Assembly: GCF_006345805.1 (NCBI RefSeq)
Contig: NC_043005.1
Location: 51,646,001-51,710,000, forward strand
Reading direction: 5' to 3'
DNA length: 64,000 bases
Origin: Octopus sinensis
Lineage: Eukaryota
Shown piece by piece: positions 1 to 13,336 of this stretch. Within the stretch, counting starts at the first letter, position 1. Each line of letters opens with the position of its first letter. The notes beneath the pieces were generated by a model that was given only the letters and a program-made list of their open reading frames with translations, was not told the DNA's origin and did no database searches. A program made the translations under genes and the position numbers.

Positions 1-242
1 CGATGATGTAAACACACCAACAGCGGTTGTCAAGCGGTGATGGGGGACAAACACAGACACAAAGACACACACATATACGACGAGCTTCTTTCAGTTTCCA
101 CCAACCAAATCCACTCACAATACTTTGATCAGCCCGAGGCTATAATAGAACACACTTGGTGAAGGTACCGCGTAGTTGGACTGAACTCGGGATCATGTGC
201 TTGAGAAGCAGACTTCTTACCATGAAGCCACGCCAGCGCCTA
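1..242 (-). mobile_element. tRNA-derived SINE, family A (truncated by window edge)
   Basis: Reverse complement of the head seen at 41526 (tggtaagaag...gagttcagtcca...accttcaccaagtgtgttct). Confidence 0.8.
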
Positions 243-282
243 TGTATGTGAATAGGTGGCAATATTTTCACGTGACTAATGC

Positions 283-388
283 AGTGAGCTAGTAGAATCG
301 TTAGCACTCCGGGCGAAATGCTTAGCGGCATTTGGTCCGTCTTCAGGTTCTGAGTTCAAATTCCACCGTGGCCGACTTTGCCTTTCAT
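283..388 (+). mobile_element. 5' part of SINE family B, cut off by (TA)n and the following element
   Basis: gagctagtagaatcgttagcac...gagttcaaattcc...gactttgcctttcat matches the 36598 copy. Confidence 0.75.
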
Positions 389-406
389 ATATATATATAT
401 ATATAT

Positions 407-1131
407 ATATTTAAATAATGAAGGAGATAAATTAATATTAATTTTAATATCAATTTAAAACCAGTAGTCTAGCATACAAAAATCTGAGAAGTCAGAGAAA
501 ATTCTAATATATGTGTATATTGGCAGGGCAAGACTGCTAGGTAGTCGGCCGTATGCTAGAAATAGATCATCAACGATCAAACTACAAAGAAAATTCTCTA
601 GAGGAAAAATTCAGCGAACACCAGAACCAAATTTGGCGGGCAGGACATGAAAATTTATATAAAAAACAGAATTAAATGCATACCTCGGTTTCGGTCTTTA
701 CCAACAGAATTACTTACATAATTCAAATGTCCGTGGCTTCATCAGTGCAATCGTTCAGTGTAAATGCAATCCGAAAAACTAACCCCAGCTTTCTGTGCCA
801 AGACAGACACGTGCTTAGTTTTACCGATTACATTAGGGATAACATTTCAAATGTCTTGGTTCCGGCGCGCTAAGAAATTCCTGAAGCAAAGAACTGCAGT
901 AAATAATTCACTGCGGTTAGTGCTTGCTACTAGAGAACGTATTTATTTCAATATTTAAATAATGAGGGAGATAAATTAATATTAATTTTAATATAAATTC
1001 AAAACCAGTAGTCTAGCATACAAAAAATCTGATAAGTCAGAGAAAATTCTAATATATGTGTATATTGGCAGGGCAAGACTGCTAGGTAGTCGGCCGTATG
1101 CTAGAAATAGATCATCAACGATCAAACTACA
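407..1131 (-). mobile_element. Non-autonomous Penelope pLTR/retrozyme-like element: ~545 bp unit plus ~180 bp terminal direct repeat, flanked by (TA)n
   Basis: 407-586 is repeated at 951-1131; hammerhead-like motif at 677-749 on the minus strand; (TA)n on both sides. Confidence 0.7.
677..749 (-). ncRNA. Type I hammerhead ribozyme-like motif
   Basis: Minus strand UGCA-CUGAUGA-(long helix II incl. GAAUUAU/GUAAUUC)-GAAAC-CGAG-GUA-UGCA; base of helix II imperfect. Confidence 0.55.
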
Positions 1132-1415
1132 TATATATATATATATATATATGTATGTATATTTCTATAGATATATATATATATGTACAGACATGTACAA
1201 ATATATATTATTTATAATATACATATATATATATACATATATACACATATAGATGTGTATATGTATACGCTTATATACAGGGGTGTATATATATATATAT
1301 ATATTATAAATTATATATGTATATTATAAATAATATATATTTGTACATGTCTGTATATATACATATATAGAAATACACATGCATATATATATACACATAC
1401 ATACATAGATACATG

Positions 1416-1447
<32 letters not shown>

Positions 1448-1684
1448 TACAAGTAAAAATGAAAACACAAATCATATTTTCTTTTGTCATGCCTAGTAAG
1501 GGAAGGTAACAAACTTCAGGATGAAAATTGAAGTTGATCTCGGCGGAATTTGAATGCAAGGTATGCGTGTGTATGGAATATTCAACTACTTGAGCGATAC
1601 GAAATATCGCAACGAAACGAAATAAATAGGAAAACCTTAGTCAACAGCCCTTTTATCCAATGCAGAATTTCTCCACACCAGTAG

Positions 1685-1915
1685 AACTATAATTATTTCT
1701 TTCTTCAACAAGCTCAAGACCTGGAATTTTGGGGGTAGGAGTTAATCGATTACATCGACCCTAGGGTTCAACTTGTATTTATTTTAATGATTCCCGAAAA
1801 GATTGAAAGCCTGAATCGATCTCAGCGGCATTTAATCTCAGAACTTAAAACCGGAAGAATTGTCGCTAAGTGTTTTGTCCGGCGGACTAACGATTCTGCC
1901 AGTTCGCTGCCCTTA
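1685..1915 (-). mobile_element. Degenerate SINE family B
   Basis: Similar to the reverse complement of the 36598 copy; ends in aacgattctgccagttcgctgcc. Confidence 0.65.
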
Positions 1916-2054
1916 GACGTGTAATAGGGATATAATACATACAATATAGCGCAATATTAAGATAAACACACCAGTAAAATGCAGTATTCACAAATAAAAA
2001 CAATGGACCAACGAATGAAAGCAGAACTTAAAATTCCCATGTGAGCATCTACAC

Positions 2055-2133
2055 CAGTGGTTCCGAACCTGTGGCCCGTGGAGTCCTGATGGTCTGCAAA
2101 GGTAGTACCGGGGATTCGTGAACTAAATTCAAA

Positions 2134-2186
<53 letters not shown>

Positions 2187-2275
2187 GAATAAGCATATTA
2201 AAAGGGGTCCGTGAGAAAACTGATTTAAATAGAAGGGCTGGCTGGGAACCACTGTAAAAAGGTTGGGAACCACTG
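2055..2275. mobile_element. hAT (Charlie-like) MITE
   Basis: TIRs cagtggttccgaacct / aggttgggaaccactg; 8 bp TSD not preserved; internal (TA)n. Confidence 0.7.
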
Positions 2276-2711
2276 ATGATATATACCAATCACATTGATC
2301 CTGCTTGATATGAAGAAGCAACAAATACACACCTACAGCACTTTATCTCGAAGACTTGGGTTAAGGAAAGTCAATGCTCCCAACAAGCTGAAAGGAAAGC
2401 AGAAAAAGACAAGTTAAAAAAAAAATAAATAAATAAAATAATTCTTCTTTAAAAAAGCTCTTCTCTCTCTCTCTCTCTCTCTCCTCTTATATATATATAT
2501 AATATATATATATATATAATGAGAGAGAGAGAGAGAGAGGTGTACACCACATATAGATGTATGTATATATGTATGTATATATGTGTATATATATATATAC
2601 ATATATACACATATAGATGTGTATATGTATACGCTTATATACAGGTTATATATATATATTATAAATATATATATATATGTATATTAAATTATATATATTT
2701 GTAAATGTCTG

Positions 2712-2742
<31 letters not shown>

Positions 2743-2922
2743 ATATATATATACATATATATATGTATATATGTTATAATTATATTATATATATATATAT
2801 ATATATATATCTATATATATATATATATTATATATATATATATAATATATATATATATATATACGTATATATATATATTTTTTCTAGTTTCAGCTCAGAG
2901 CTGCGGCCATGCTGATGCACAT

Positions 2923-2958
<36 letters not shown>

Positions 2959-3014
2959 GCACACACACACACACACCACACACCAACACACACACAACAC
3001 ACACACACACACAC

Positions 3015-3053
<39 letters not shown>

Positions 3054-3629
3054 ATATATCAGCAATACTTCTTCCATACATAGCATGCAAATGGTTTCAT
3101 GAATCGAATTTGTTGCTTTTAGTAGTCGGAGTATCGATTTTCTTTTTTTTTCTTTTTGCTGTTTTGCTTTGTTTTCATTATTATTATTATTATTATTATT
3201 ATTGACACTACAAAGTAACTTACAGTCTGGACATAAATGAAATCGAAATCAACGCAGAATGAAAAAAAAGAAACAAAAATAAAATGAGCTAAAGAAGTGT
3301 GTATTATATTGTGAGAACGTACCTTTTCCTTTTCCACCGAAACGGACATTTTAAAGAATTAATTACTGACCTAATTTACTTGAAACTAGGTCACTAAGAC
3401 TCGTTGAGAATTTACAGTCTTTCTCCTCGAAACAGCCAGGAACCTCTGTAAATGAAATTGTTACTGTCATGACCGTCCCTGTTGTCGACGTCATCGTCGT
3501 CGTCGTCGTCGTTGTCGTTGTCATTTTTGTTGTTGTTGGACCCCAGCTTTATAGCAAAAGATCTAAGCAGAACTACGATCAAAGATATTCCAGCCGTGAC
3601 AACTTCGTCGTGCTATGTATGCACTGATT

Positions 3630-4033
3630 CTTTTATCTTTTATTTGTTTCAGTCATTAGACTGCGGCAGTGCTGGGACAACGCCTCGAGGACTTTTAAGT
3701 CGAGTGTATCGACCCTAGTACTTACTAATTTTTTTTAAAGTCTGGTACCTTTTCTATTGGTATCTTTTGCTGAAATATGACTTTATGGGGACTTAAAAAC
3801 ACCAACACCGGTCGTCAAGTGGTGGTGGCCACACGTACACACACACTCACACACATACAAACACTCACACACACGGGTTTCTTTCAGTTTTCGTTTACCA
3901 GATCCACTCACGAGGCTCTGGTTAGCCTGAGGCTATAGACGAAGACACTTGCCCTAGGTACCATGCAGAGGGACTGAACCCGGGGCAATGTGGTTGAGAA
4001 GCAAGTTTTTTACCGCAGAGTCACGCATGGGCC
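3630..4033 (-). mobile_element. SINE family A, full length, diverged
   Basis: gtttcagtcattagactgcggc ... gaagacacttgccctagg ... ggactgaaccc. Confidence 0.8.
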
Positions 4034-4451
4034 TGGGACTAGATTATCTTCTGAGACTGGATTATCTTCTAAGACGATGCTTTTGTCTTTTTAAGATGGC
4101 AGGATTCTGATTTGAGGCACCATTTTGGCTGTTATTTCAAGCAGGTCAAATACCTCGTAGAAGCATATCCTCGTTATCTCCCTTTGCATACGGGTTGTGT
4201 AAAGTGATGGCCTTGTTTGTGTAGTTCTGCTTAGTGCAGATATTATGTGTGGCCTTTGCATATGTTAATTGCAAAGGCCACACATGCAATAATAATTATA
4301 GTTGCAAAATTGGGTGTGAATGATTGGGTGAATTATATACGTCGCTGTTATTGTTTAGCACCGGTCAAATCTAGTCGAGCAGACCTATGGTTAAAACGTC
4401 GTATACAAGATCATTCTATGTTATTTTCAGACAATGTATGAAGAACTGTTA

Positions 4452-4742
4452 AGGCGTATGGTTCAATAGTCAGAACGTTTGGCTCACAATCATGGGGTTG
4501 TGAGTTCAATTCCAGGACCGGACTGTGTTTTGTGTTCTTGAGCAAGACACTTTAGCTGTAGGAATGAGTTGCGACGTCACTGGTGCAAAACTGTGTCAGC
4601 CTTTGCCTTTCCCTTGGATAACATTGGTGGCACGGAGAGGGGAGAATTGTATGCATGGGTGACTGCTGGTCTTTCATAAACACTCTTGTCCGGACTTGTG
4701 CCTAGGAGGGAAATTTTCTAGATGCAATCTCATGGTCATTCG
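4452..4742 (+). mobile_element. SINE family C
   Basis: tRNA-like head (ggcgtatggttcaatagtcag...gagttcaattcc), tgtgttcttgagcaagacac core; matches copies at 41936, 45912 and 59190. Confidence 0.8.
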
Positions 4743-5462
4743 TTATCAACCTGAAAGAACTATATTCGCTCATATTTGTTGCAAGGCATGTTTTAAATTT
4801 GGATGCTCTTTCTAGCGGGCTGGTCGGTCATTGGGCCCCCCTTTGGATATTACAGTTGTGTAGTTTAACCTGAGGTCATACTCGACCAAACAAATCTGTG
4901 TTTAAAGACAATCCATTTGTGACTACCCGGTCTTTTTTCGATTATAGTGTATCTAACACACCATGATCAAATATATCCCTTCTCTTCAAAAAAACAAAAA
5001 CAAAACAAAACAAAACAAATAACAAATAAATAAAGAAATAAAGAAAGAAATAAAAAAAGAAAGGAAGAAAAAGAGGAAAGAAAAACATCTTGAATGTGAT
5101 TTCATTGTTTAAAGTTGACTAGCGAATCATTTAGGAAACTGTAATTAAACTATTTTAAATGGATCTCGGGTATCTAAAATGTACTGCATTCTACATTAGT
5201 AGTAGTAGTGGTGGTGGTATGGGATATGCGCTGTAACTGCGTCGAGGCTATAGTAGAAGACACTTTCACAACGTGCCACACAGTAAGACTGAACCCGAAA
5301 ACCTTTACTTAGGAAGCAAACTTCTTAGTACGCAGCCACAGCAGCGATTAACGTATTTGCATTCGAGTATGCATTGACGTATTAAGAATAAATATGAAAG
5401 TCACCGTTTCAGTCTCGTTTTTCACAAACCAAATAACGACTTACTCTTATTTATTGTTTACG

Positions 5463-5499
<37 letters not shown>

Positions 5500-5502
<3 letters not shown>

Positions 5503-5761
5503 CCAATTAAGGACTGAACACGAAAAGTGGACAGTCAACATGCTAGATATAGACGTCAAATCGCCATTCTCCACAAAAGATTATGTTCTCAACATAATCT
5601 TTTGTGAAGAATGGCGATTTGACGTCTATATCTAGCATGTTGACTGTCCACTTTTCGTGTTCAGTCCTTAATTGGTATATATAAATATTTAATCTTCGGA
5701 TTCTTTTTTTAATATGCTAGACCACTGGTTTTAATTGATAAATATTGATTTCTACCCTTAA

Positions 5762-5765
<4 letters not shown>
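5500..5765 (+). mobile_element. Fold-back element 1: 88 bp inverted arms (5500-5587/5591-5678) plus 3' tail related to the 407-586 repeat
   Basis: Arms complementary with one mismatch and a 3 nt loop; tail tatgctagaccactggtttt matches the reverse complement of aaaaccagtagtctagcata (457-476). Confidence 0.8.
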
Positions 5766-5797
<32 letters not shown>

Positions 5798-5800
<3 letters not shown>

Positions 5801-6053
5801 CAAAATTAAGAGGAATGACCACTAAAGTGGACACCCTATATGCTAAACATAGACGTCAAATCACCGTTACCACGAAGAATATGTTTTCAACACATTCTTC
5901 GTTGTAATGGCGATTTGACGTCAATGTTTAGCATATAGGGTGTCCACTTTAGTGGTCATTCCTCTTAATTTTGTATGTAACAATTTTAATCTTCGGATTT
6001 TTAAATATGCTAAGCCACTGTTTTTAATTGAATAACATCAATTTCTACCCTTA
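5798..6053 (+). mobile_element. Fold-back element 2, same family as 5500-5765
   Basis: Inverted arms 5798-~5885/~5890-5976 with few mismatches; same tail (ttaatcttcggatt...tatgctaagccactg...atttctaccctta). Confidence 0.8.
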
Positions 6054-6077
6054 TTATATATATATATAATATATATA

Positions 6078-6112
<35 letters not shown>

Positions 6113-6431
6113 CTGGTTGCAAGTTCGGATTGGAAGAATGTTTAAGTTTTTGATATTGCTAACAAAGGCTTCTGGGTTTTGGACCATAATATTTACATAT
6201 TATCATATACTTTTATATTGACACTGTTTACATAGGCGCAAGGTGTCAATTGTATTGATCTCATGAACAACTGGTGTTTTGATCACAAAAGGTTGAAAAG
6301 TAAATTTGATTTACGCGCGATTTGCACCCAGGTTGTAGAAAGCCGGAAAAAATGTTGCAAAAAGTTTGTCCGGCTACCATACTAATGTGCTTTTTACACA
6401 CACACACAAGCACACGCACACACACATAGAG

Positions 6432-6750
6432 GTAAGGGCGAGGGTTTGGGGTAAAAAAGTTTGCTTCTCAGTTACATGGTTCTGGGTTCAAGTCCACTGC
6501 GTGTCACCTTCGGCAAGTGTCTTCAACTTCAACCTTGGGTGAAACAACCGCATTGTGAGTTGGTTTGTGGAGGGAAACATAAAGCAGTCCATCGTACACA
6601 CACACGCACGCACGTGCATGTGTGTATCTCTGTGTGTGCATGTGTGTGTTTGCGTTTACTCCCAATGCCATTTGAAAACAGGTCTTGCCTTTTTTAGGTA
6701 CACGTAACAATAAAAGACCAATACTATAAGTACCAGGCTTAAAAATATAC
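6432..6750 (+). mobile_element. Degenerate SINE family A
   Basis: acatggttctgggttcaagtccactgcgtgtcaccttcggcaagtgtcttc. Confidence 0.65.
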
Positions 6751-7288
6751 TTTTCTACTCTCGGCACAAGGTCCAAAGTTTTTGGGGAGTGGGCCAGTCG
6801 ATTAGATCGACCCCAGTACGCAACTGGTACTTAATTTATCGACCCCGAGAGGATGAAAAGCAAAGTCGACCTCGGCGGAATTTGAACTCAGAACATAAAG
6901 ACAGACGAAATACCTATTTCTTTACTACCCACAAGGGGCTAAACACAGAGGAGACAAACAAGGACAGACAAACGGATTAAGTCGATTGCATCAATCCCAG
7001 TGCGTAACTGGTTCTTGACCCCGAAAGGATGAAAGGCAAAGTCGACATCGGCGGAATTTGAACTCAGAACGTAACGGCAGACGAAATACCTATTTCTTTA
7101 CTACCCACATGGGGCTAAACACAGAGGAGACAAACAAGGACAGACAAACGGATTAAGTCGATTACATCAACCCCAGTGCATAACTGGTTCTTAATTTATC
7201 GACCCCGAAAGGATGAAAGGCAAAGTCGACCTCGGCGGAATTTGAACTCAGAACGTAACGGCAGACGAAATACCGCTAAGTATTTCGC
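6750..7288 (-). mobile_element. SINE family B (Nin/Deu-like domain) with ~180 bp internal tandem duplications
   Basis: Three repeats of gaccccga(a)aggatgaaaggcaaagtcgac...ggcggaatttgaactcagaac; gcctttcatcctttcggggtcgataaa resembles the Nin/Deu SINE domain. Confidence 0.8.
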
Positions 7289-7422
7289 ACAGACTTAAAA
7301 ATATAAAATATAAGCTATGGTCGATTGCTCGACTAAACTTTTCAAGGTTGTGATCCAGCATGACCGCTGTCCAATGATTGGAACAAACAAAAGATAAAAG
7401 ATATTAATATTCTAAAAATGTT

Positions 7423-7640
7423 AGGCGATGAGCTGAGAGATTCGTTTGCGCTGGTCAAAATGATTAGCGGCATTTCATCCGTCTTTACCTTCTGCGTTCA
7501 AATTCTGCAAAGGTCAACTTTACTTTCCTTCCTTTCGAGATGGATAAAATAAATACCAGTTGAACACTAGGGATTAATGTAACTGGCTTGCCCTTCCCCA
7601 CCGACATTGCTATTCCTGTTCCAAAATTTTAAATCAATAA
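7423..7640 (+). mobile_element. Degenerate SINE family B
   Basis: ggcgatgagctgagagattcgtt...gttcaaattctgcaaaggtcaacttt. Confidence 0.65.
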
Positions 7641-7756
7641 TCTAAAATGTAACAGCTAAATCGCAAGGGAACGAACCTAAGATTCTTGAGACAAGATTTG
7701 GATATTTTATCAATTCCACCAAACCATCAACGCGTGTTTCATAAACTTAACGTTAA

Positions 7757-7937
7757 ACCACCACCGCCACCACCACCACCATCACCACCACCACCACCAA
7801 CAGCACCACAACCACCACCACCACCACAACCACCATCACCACCACCACCACCACCACCACCACCACCACCACCACCACCACCACCGCCACCACCGCCGCC
7901 GCCGCTGCAACAACAAACACAACAACAACAACAACGA
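7757..7937. repeat. (CCA)n/(CCG)n/(CAA)n triplet microsatellite
   Basis: Direct inspection. Confidence 0.95.
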
Positions 7938-8574
7938 CATAAAAATAAAACCAAAAACTAAAAACTACATATAAAATAAAAAGGATATAAAAATAAAATA
8001 AAAGAATATTAAAAATAAAATAAAATAAAAACAAAGTAACAACTAAAATCTCAAATAATTTTGTTCCAGATAATAAAATCTCTCTCTTGAGGACTTTGGC
8101 GAAACCTCTAATTTTCAACTATACGAGTACTAAATGAAGTTAGTTTATCTTACTTAAATGGAATATCACTGCAAGAAAAAGTCTCATTTAGCCCGGGAAT
8201 AAAACGGTTTTTAGTTACTTAGCAGACTCTCTCTCTTATAATGTAGTTTTTACTCGCTGTATTGAAAGAACATTGTAGCTAAGTTGATTTTCTTCTGCTT
8301 CTCATTTCGACCTTTGCTACATAGAAGAAATCTTCTTTCTGTTAAAATCTTTCATCAGATCTAGATCCACTGCAGGTCTTATTTGTTAATATTCTCGTTT
8401 TCAATAGTGCTTTTTCACATCAGATTCCATTCTCTTTACACTTACCACCTCCTCCCTCATCCCTACTCGCGCCTTAATCTACTTATTCGCTTACTCTTTC
8501 TCGTTTCTTATATTCTTCGATTCGACTCGACTGTGATTTTGTACTTTCGCCTAACTCCATCCACAAATCCCCCT

Positions 8575-9432
8575 AGCACCACTACCACCACCACCACCAC
8601 CACCACCACTACCGCCGCCACCGCCGCCACCACAACTACAATTGCCACTACCACTACCACTACTACGCGCGCTATCGCATATCACATCTCCACCACGAAC
8701 GACTACAGGCATGCGCATAAGTCGACAAGTCTCCTCCATACGTCAGCACTACCACCGCAACCACCGTCATAACCACAACCGCAACCACCGCTGCTGTTAA
8801 CGTCTCCTCCTCCTCCACCTCCACGTCTACCTCCACCGCCATTACCATCACCATTACTATCACCACCATTTGTATCCTACCATTACAATCATCAAAACCA
8901 CTACCACCACTCCCACCACCACTACCACTACAACCACCACCATCATCATCACCACTACTACCATTGCAACCACAAACACCACCACCACCACCACCATCAT
9001 CATCACCACTACTACCATTGCTACCACAAACATCACCACCACCATCATAACCACCACCGTTACCACCACCACCACCACCATAACTAGCACCACTATCACC
9101 ACTATCAGCAGCAGCAGCACCACCACCACAAGATTAACACCCGTTATTACACTTATTACGCCTATAGCTTTTCTAACTCCGGTTTTCTATGACCTATCAT
9201 ACCATGAGCACCACCAACACTGCCACCACCACCACCACCACACCACCACCACCACCACCACAACCACTACCACCACCACCATCTCACCATTGTCACCAAC
9301 AACATTATTACATCACCTCCAGCAACATCATCACCGTCATTATTATCAGCACCTGTACCTACCTCCACGACCATATCCATGCCGCCGCCGCCTCCACCTC
9401 CACCACCGCAACCGCCACCGCCGCAACCGCCA

Positions 9433-9497
<65 letters not shown>

Positions 9498-9945
9498 TCC
9501 ACAGCCGCAGCCACCGCTGCCGCCGACAACCTCCTCCACAACGTCCATCACCGGCACCACCAGCTCCGGCAATACCACCACCACCAACACCACCACTATC
9601 ACCATCACCATCACCGTTATCATAAAAAAAAACCACCATCACCATCACCGTCATCATAAACACCACCATTACCATCATCCTAACTCCACCACCACCACCA
9701 CCACTATTACAAACAGTAGCAGCACCATCACCTGCACCACCATCGCGACCACTATCGCGACGACGATGACCACCAGCACCACCATCGTTACCACCACCAC
9801 CAGCGCCACCACCATCATCACCACCACCACCACCACCACCACTACCACCACCACCACAACCACCAGAACCACCACCACCACCACACCACCATTACCACCA
9901 CCACCACCACCATCACCTCTACCAGCACCAATACCAATAACAACA
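8575..9945. repeat. 1.4 kb imperfect (ACC/ACT/ATC/GCC)n triplet tract
   Basis: Direct inspection; source of the poly-T/P/H/R/A ORFs. Confidence 0.95.
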
Positions 9946-10083
9946 CGAAGACCACTAGCAATACTTATTTTACAGATATGGTTAGCACCATTCCTTATTT
10001 CGGTACAGCTTACATTTCAATGCCTTCTAAATATCCGAAATCCATTTAACTTGATTTCTCCTTGCAGATTTCATCCACTCAAC

Positions 10084-10144
<61 letters not shown>

Positions 10145-10980
10145 GCGCATATATAAATGTTGATGATGATGGTGATGGTGATGGTGATGGTGGTGTTAGT
10201 GATAGCTGAGGACTTAACGGAGCTTTCACTAACTATCTCTCTCTTTCTAGTGACTCTGTTTTGCTGTTCCTTTGTGTATTTGCCCGGTTCTCAATCTCTT
10301 TGTGTTTCTATTTCTTTTTTCTACTTCTCTCTTTCGTCACTTTCTATGCCTGTCTGTCTGTCTATATGTCTATCTCTGTGTGTGTCTCTCTTTCTCTCTC
10401 TCTCTCTGTAACCCTCTCTCTCTGTAACTCTCTCTCCCTCTCTGTGGCTATCTCTCTTTCTCCCCCTTTCTCGCTCTTTATTTTCAAACACACAAAGGAG
10501 CGAAACGCATAAACTAACAATTCCATACACACACTCAAGCATTCGATTCTTACGCGCAGCTGAATACATATACACACACATCTTGCATAAGCATACACAC
10601 AAACATGTATATAATATATATATATAATATATATATTATATATATATATACATATAGACACCAACATATATATATTTTAGACACATTTACACACATACGC
10701 ATATATACACACACAATACATATACATTACCTATATATATATATATACATATATGTATGTGTTAGTACATACATATACTGCATGCATACATACATTCATA
10801 CATACATACATACATATGCATGCATGCATACATACATTCATACATATATACATATACATGCATACATACATATATACATACACACATACATACACACGCA
10901 TATATATATATATATAATATATATATATATATAGACATGTATAATATAGACATGATTATATATATATATATATATAGACG

Positions 10981-11037
<57 letters not shown>

Positions 11038-11260
11038 AATATATATACATGTCTGAATATAAATAATACATATAAGTATATGTAAGTGTGCATAATATGA
11101 GTGGATGTATAATTGTATTTGCATACGGTCATATATGTATGTGTGCATATATATACATACATAAATACATACATACATACATACATACACACATATGTAT
11201 ATGTATATACATACATATATGTATATGCGCTCATGCACACACACGGGCACACATATATAC

Positions 11261-11317
<57 letters not shown>

Positions 11318-12283
11318 CATATACAAACAGACAGCTCCTCGTTGTTACATTGAAAAGAAAAAAAACACAAAGAAAGGTAAACAAAAAGACAGCAAAGAAA
11401 ATAACGGCATTGCAACACCTCGCAGTTAGCTTTTAATTATAGTCACCCCCCTCTCTCTCTCATATGGACACTTACGCACGCACGCATACATATATTGTCT
11501 AATGCTTTCTTTCTATTCTTCAGGCCCCCCGAGCTATTAAATTCCCTTTTAGTGATTTCTGTCATATCTTTCATGTGGTGGCTTTAAATAATCCAATTCC
11601 AGACCTAATTCTCATTTCCACGCCTTCTGACTTGTATAATCTATGGCCCAAAGTGATTTTTCAGTCACTAAGTATCCTTATAATCTATAATCTACACGAT
11701 TAAATTAAGACTGATATATTTCAAAACATTACAATAGCTAATGAATATTTTCTTACTACAGTTGTAAGTACTTTTAGTAACTTTCTCCAATCTGAACTCG
11801 AAAGAATCAAATATTTCGTTCCACTTATTCTTGTTTTCTTTCCCGTTTGGTTTTTGTACTGTTTCTTGGCTGTATCAGCATAGCGGATTTTTGAAAAGCT
11901 TAAAGGAAAGTGAATAAATATATAGTTGCACCAATACGTTATTTTTGAATCCACTGAGAGCTAGAATCCATAAATTGATGTACCAGTAATTCACAAGTGT
12001 TCATACAATTCAATATACAGACAATGATAATATCTTATAAGCTTCAAGATTAGAAGGGATCACCGTCTATTGACTTAAGAACAAAGTCTAATATTGGGGC
12101 ATATCAGTCCTCGGCGGAATAAACGGGGTTTTCCGTACGCATGCGACTCGTGTGCTAACCATTACACCAAAGTGCTCACTCTCTTCTTCCCGTAAGTTTA
12201 AGAATTATAATCTATCTATCTATACTTTAGAACTAGCTACTCTGCTTATATATACATATATATATATATATGTATATATATAT

Positions 12284-12425
<142 letters not shown>

Positions 12426-12656
12426 GTAATTAGATATTGACTATTACTGATATTAGACTATTGGTGGGTTTCTTACCTAGAAATTAATACTTAAAAATTA
12501 AAATTAATATTTAACATTATAATTGATGTTTTGATTTAATCATAATCGTTAAGTTTCTAGTTTGATAATAGAGTTTTTTATAAGTAAAATTATTATATAA
12601 TTTATTTCTTAAAAATATTGTTTAAATATTTCTGTTTACTTATTAAAATATTACAA

Positions 12657-12754
12657 TTAACCTGATGATTGACTGTAACCATAATTCGAATTATTAATTG
12701 AATTTAAATTATTGTTATTGGAATTGGTTACGGGCATGAAACGATCGTAGTGTT
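12657..12754 (+). ncRNA. Type I hammerhead ribozyme-like motif
   Basis: CUGAUGA (12662-68); helix II UG-A-CUGUAACC/GGUUACGG-G-CA; GAAAC-GAUC-GUA with palindrome ACGAUCGU; helix I weak. Confidence 0.65.
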
Positions 12755-13150
12755 TTTACTATTTATCTTATATTAAACTTTTAATACATTTTGATAGTTA
12801 TATAATTTACAAAAAAATAATAATAAATGAATAAATAAATAAATAAATAAATAGAATAAAATAACAAAATAATTAAATAATAATAATAATAATATATATA
12901 TATGTATATTTAAAATTTATAAGTTTAAATTATTTAAATAATTTTTAAAATTTTAACTTTAATTTAAATATTTTAATTTGGAATTTTATATTTTATATTT
13001 TTTATATTTATATTTTATATTTTTTAATTAATTTTTTTCTATGTATTGGCTTATGATTTTCACTGTTTGATTTGCCTTATAGTGGTTTTATCTCTAATTT
13101 AATATAATATATATATATATATATATATGTGTTGTGTGTGTGTGTGTGTA

Positions 13151-13289
13151 GTGCAGGAGTAACTGCGTGGTAAGTAGCTTGCTTACTAACCACATGGCTC
13201 CAGGTTCAGTCCCACAGCATGGCAAGTGTCTTTACTATAGCCTCGAGCCGACCAAAGCATTGGCTGACGGAAACTGAAAGAAGTCCGTC

Positions 13290-13292
<3 letters not shown>
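13151..13292 (+). mobile_element. 5' half of SINE family A; its (TA)n tract abuts the tandem array
   Basis: gtgcaggagtaactgcgtggtaagtagcttgcttac...gacggaaactgaaagaagtccgtcgta. Confidence 0.8.

Positions 13293-13329
<37 letters not shown>

Positions 13330-13336
<7 letters not shown>

Noticed and set aside
8285-8365. Minus-strand CUGAUGA...GGUC-GAAA hammerhead-like match
   Set aside because: Two extra A after the core, and no convincing helix I or III.
7686-11436. Long ORFs of poly-P/T/H/R/V and YI/HT/CV dipeptides (also throughout the window)
   Set aside because: Translations of microsatellites, open in several frames on both strands.
12105-12180. Minus-strand tRNA-like segment (tggtgtaatggttagcac)
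   Set aside because: Only the D-arm/A-box is recognisable; the T-arm and acceptor stem are not.
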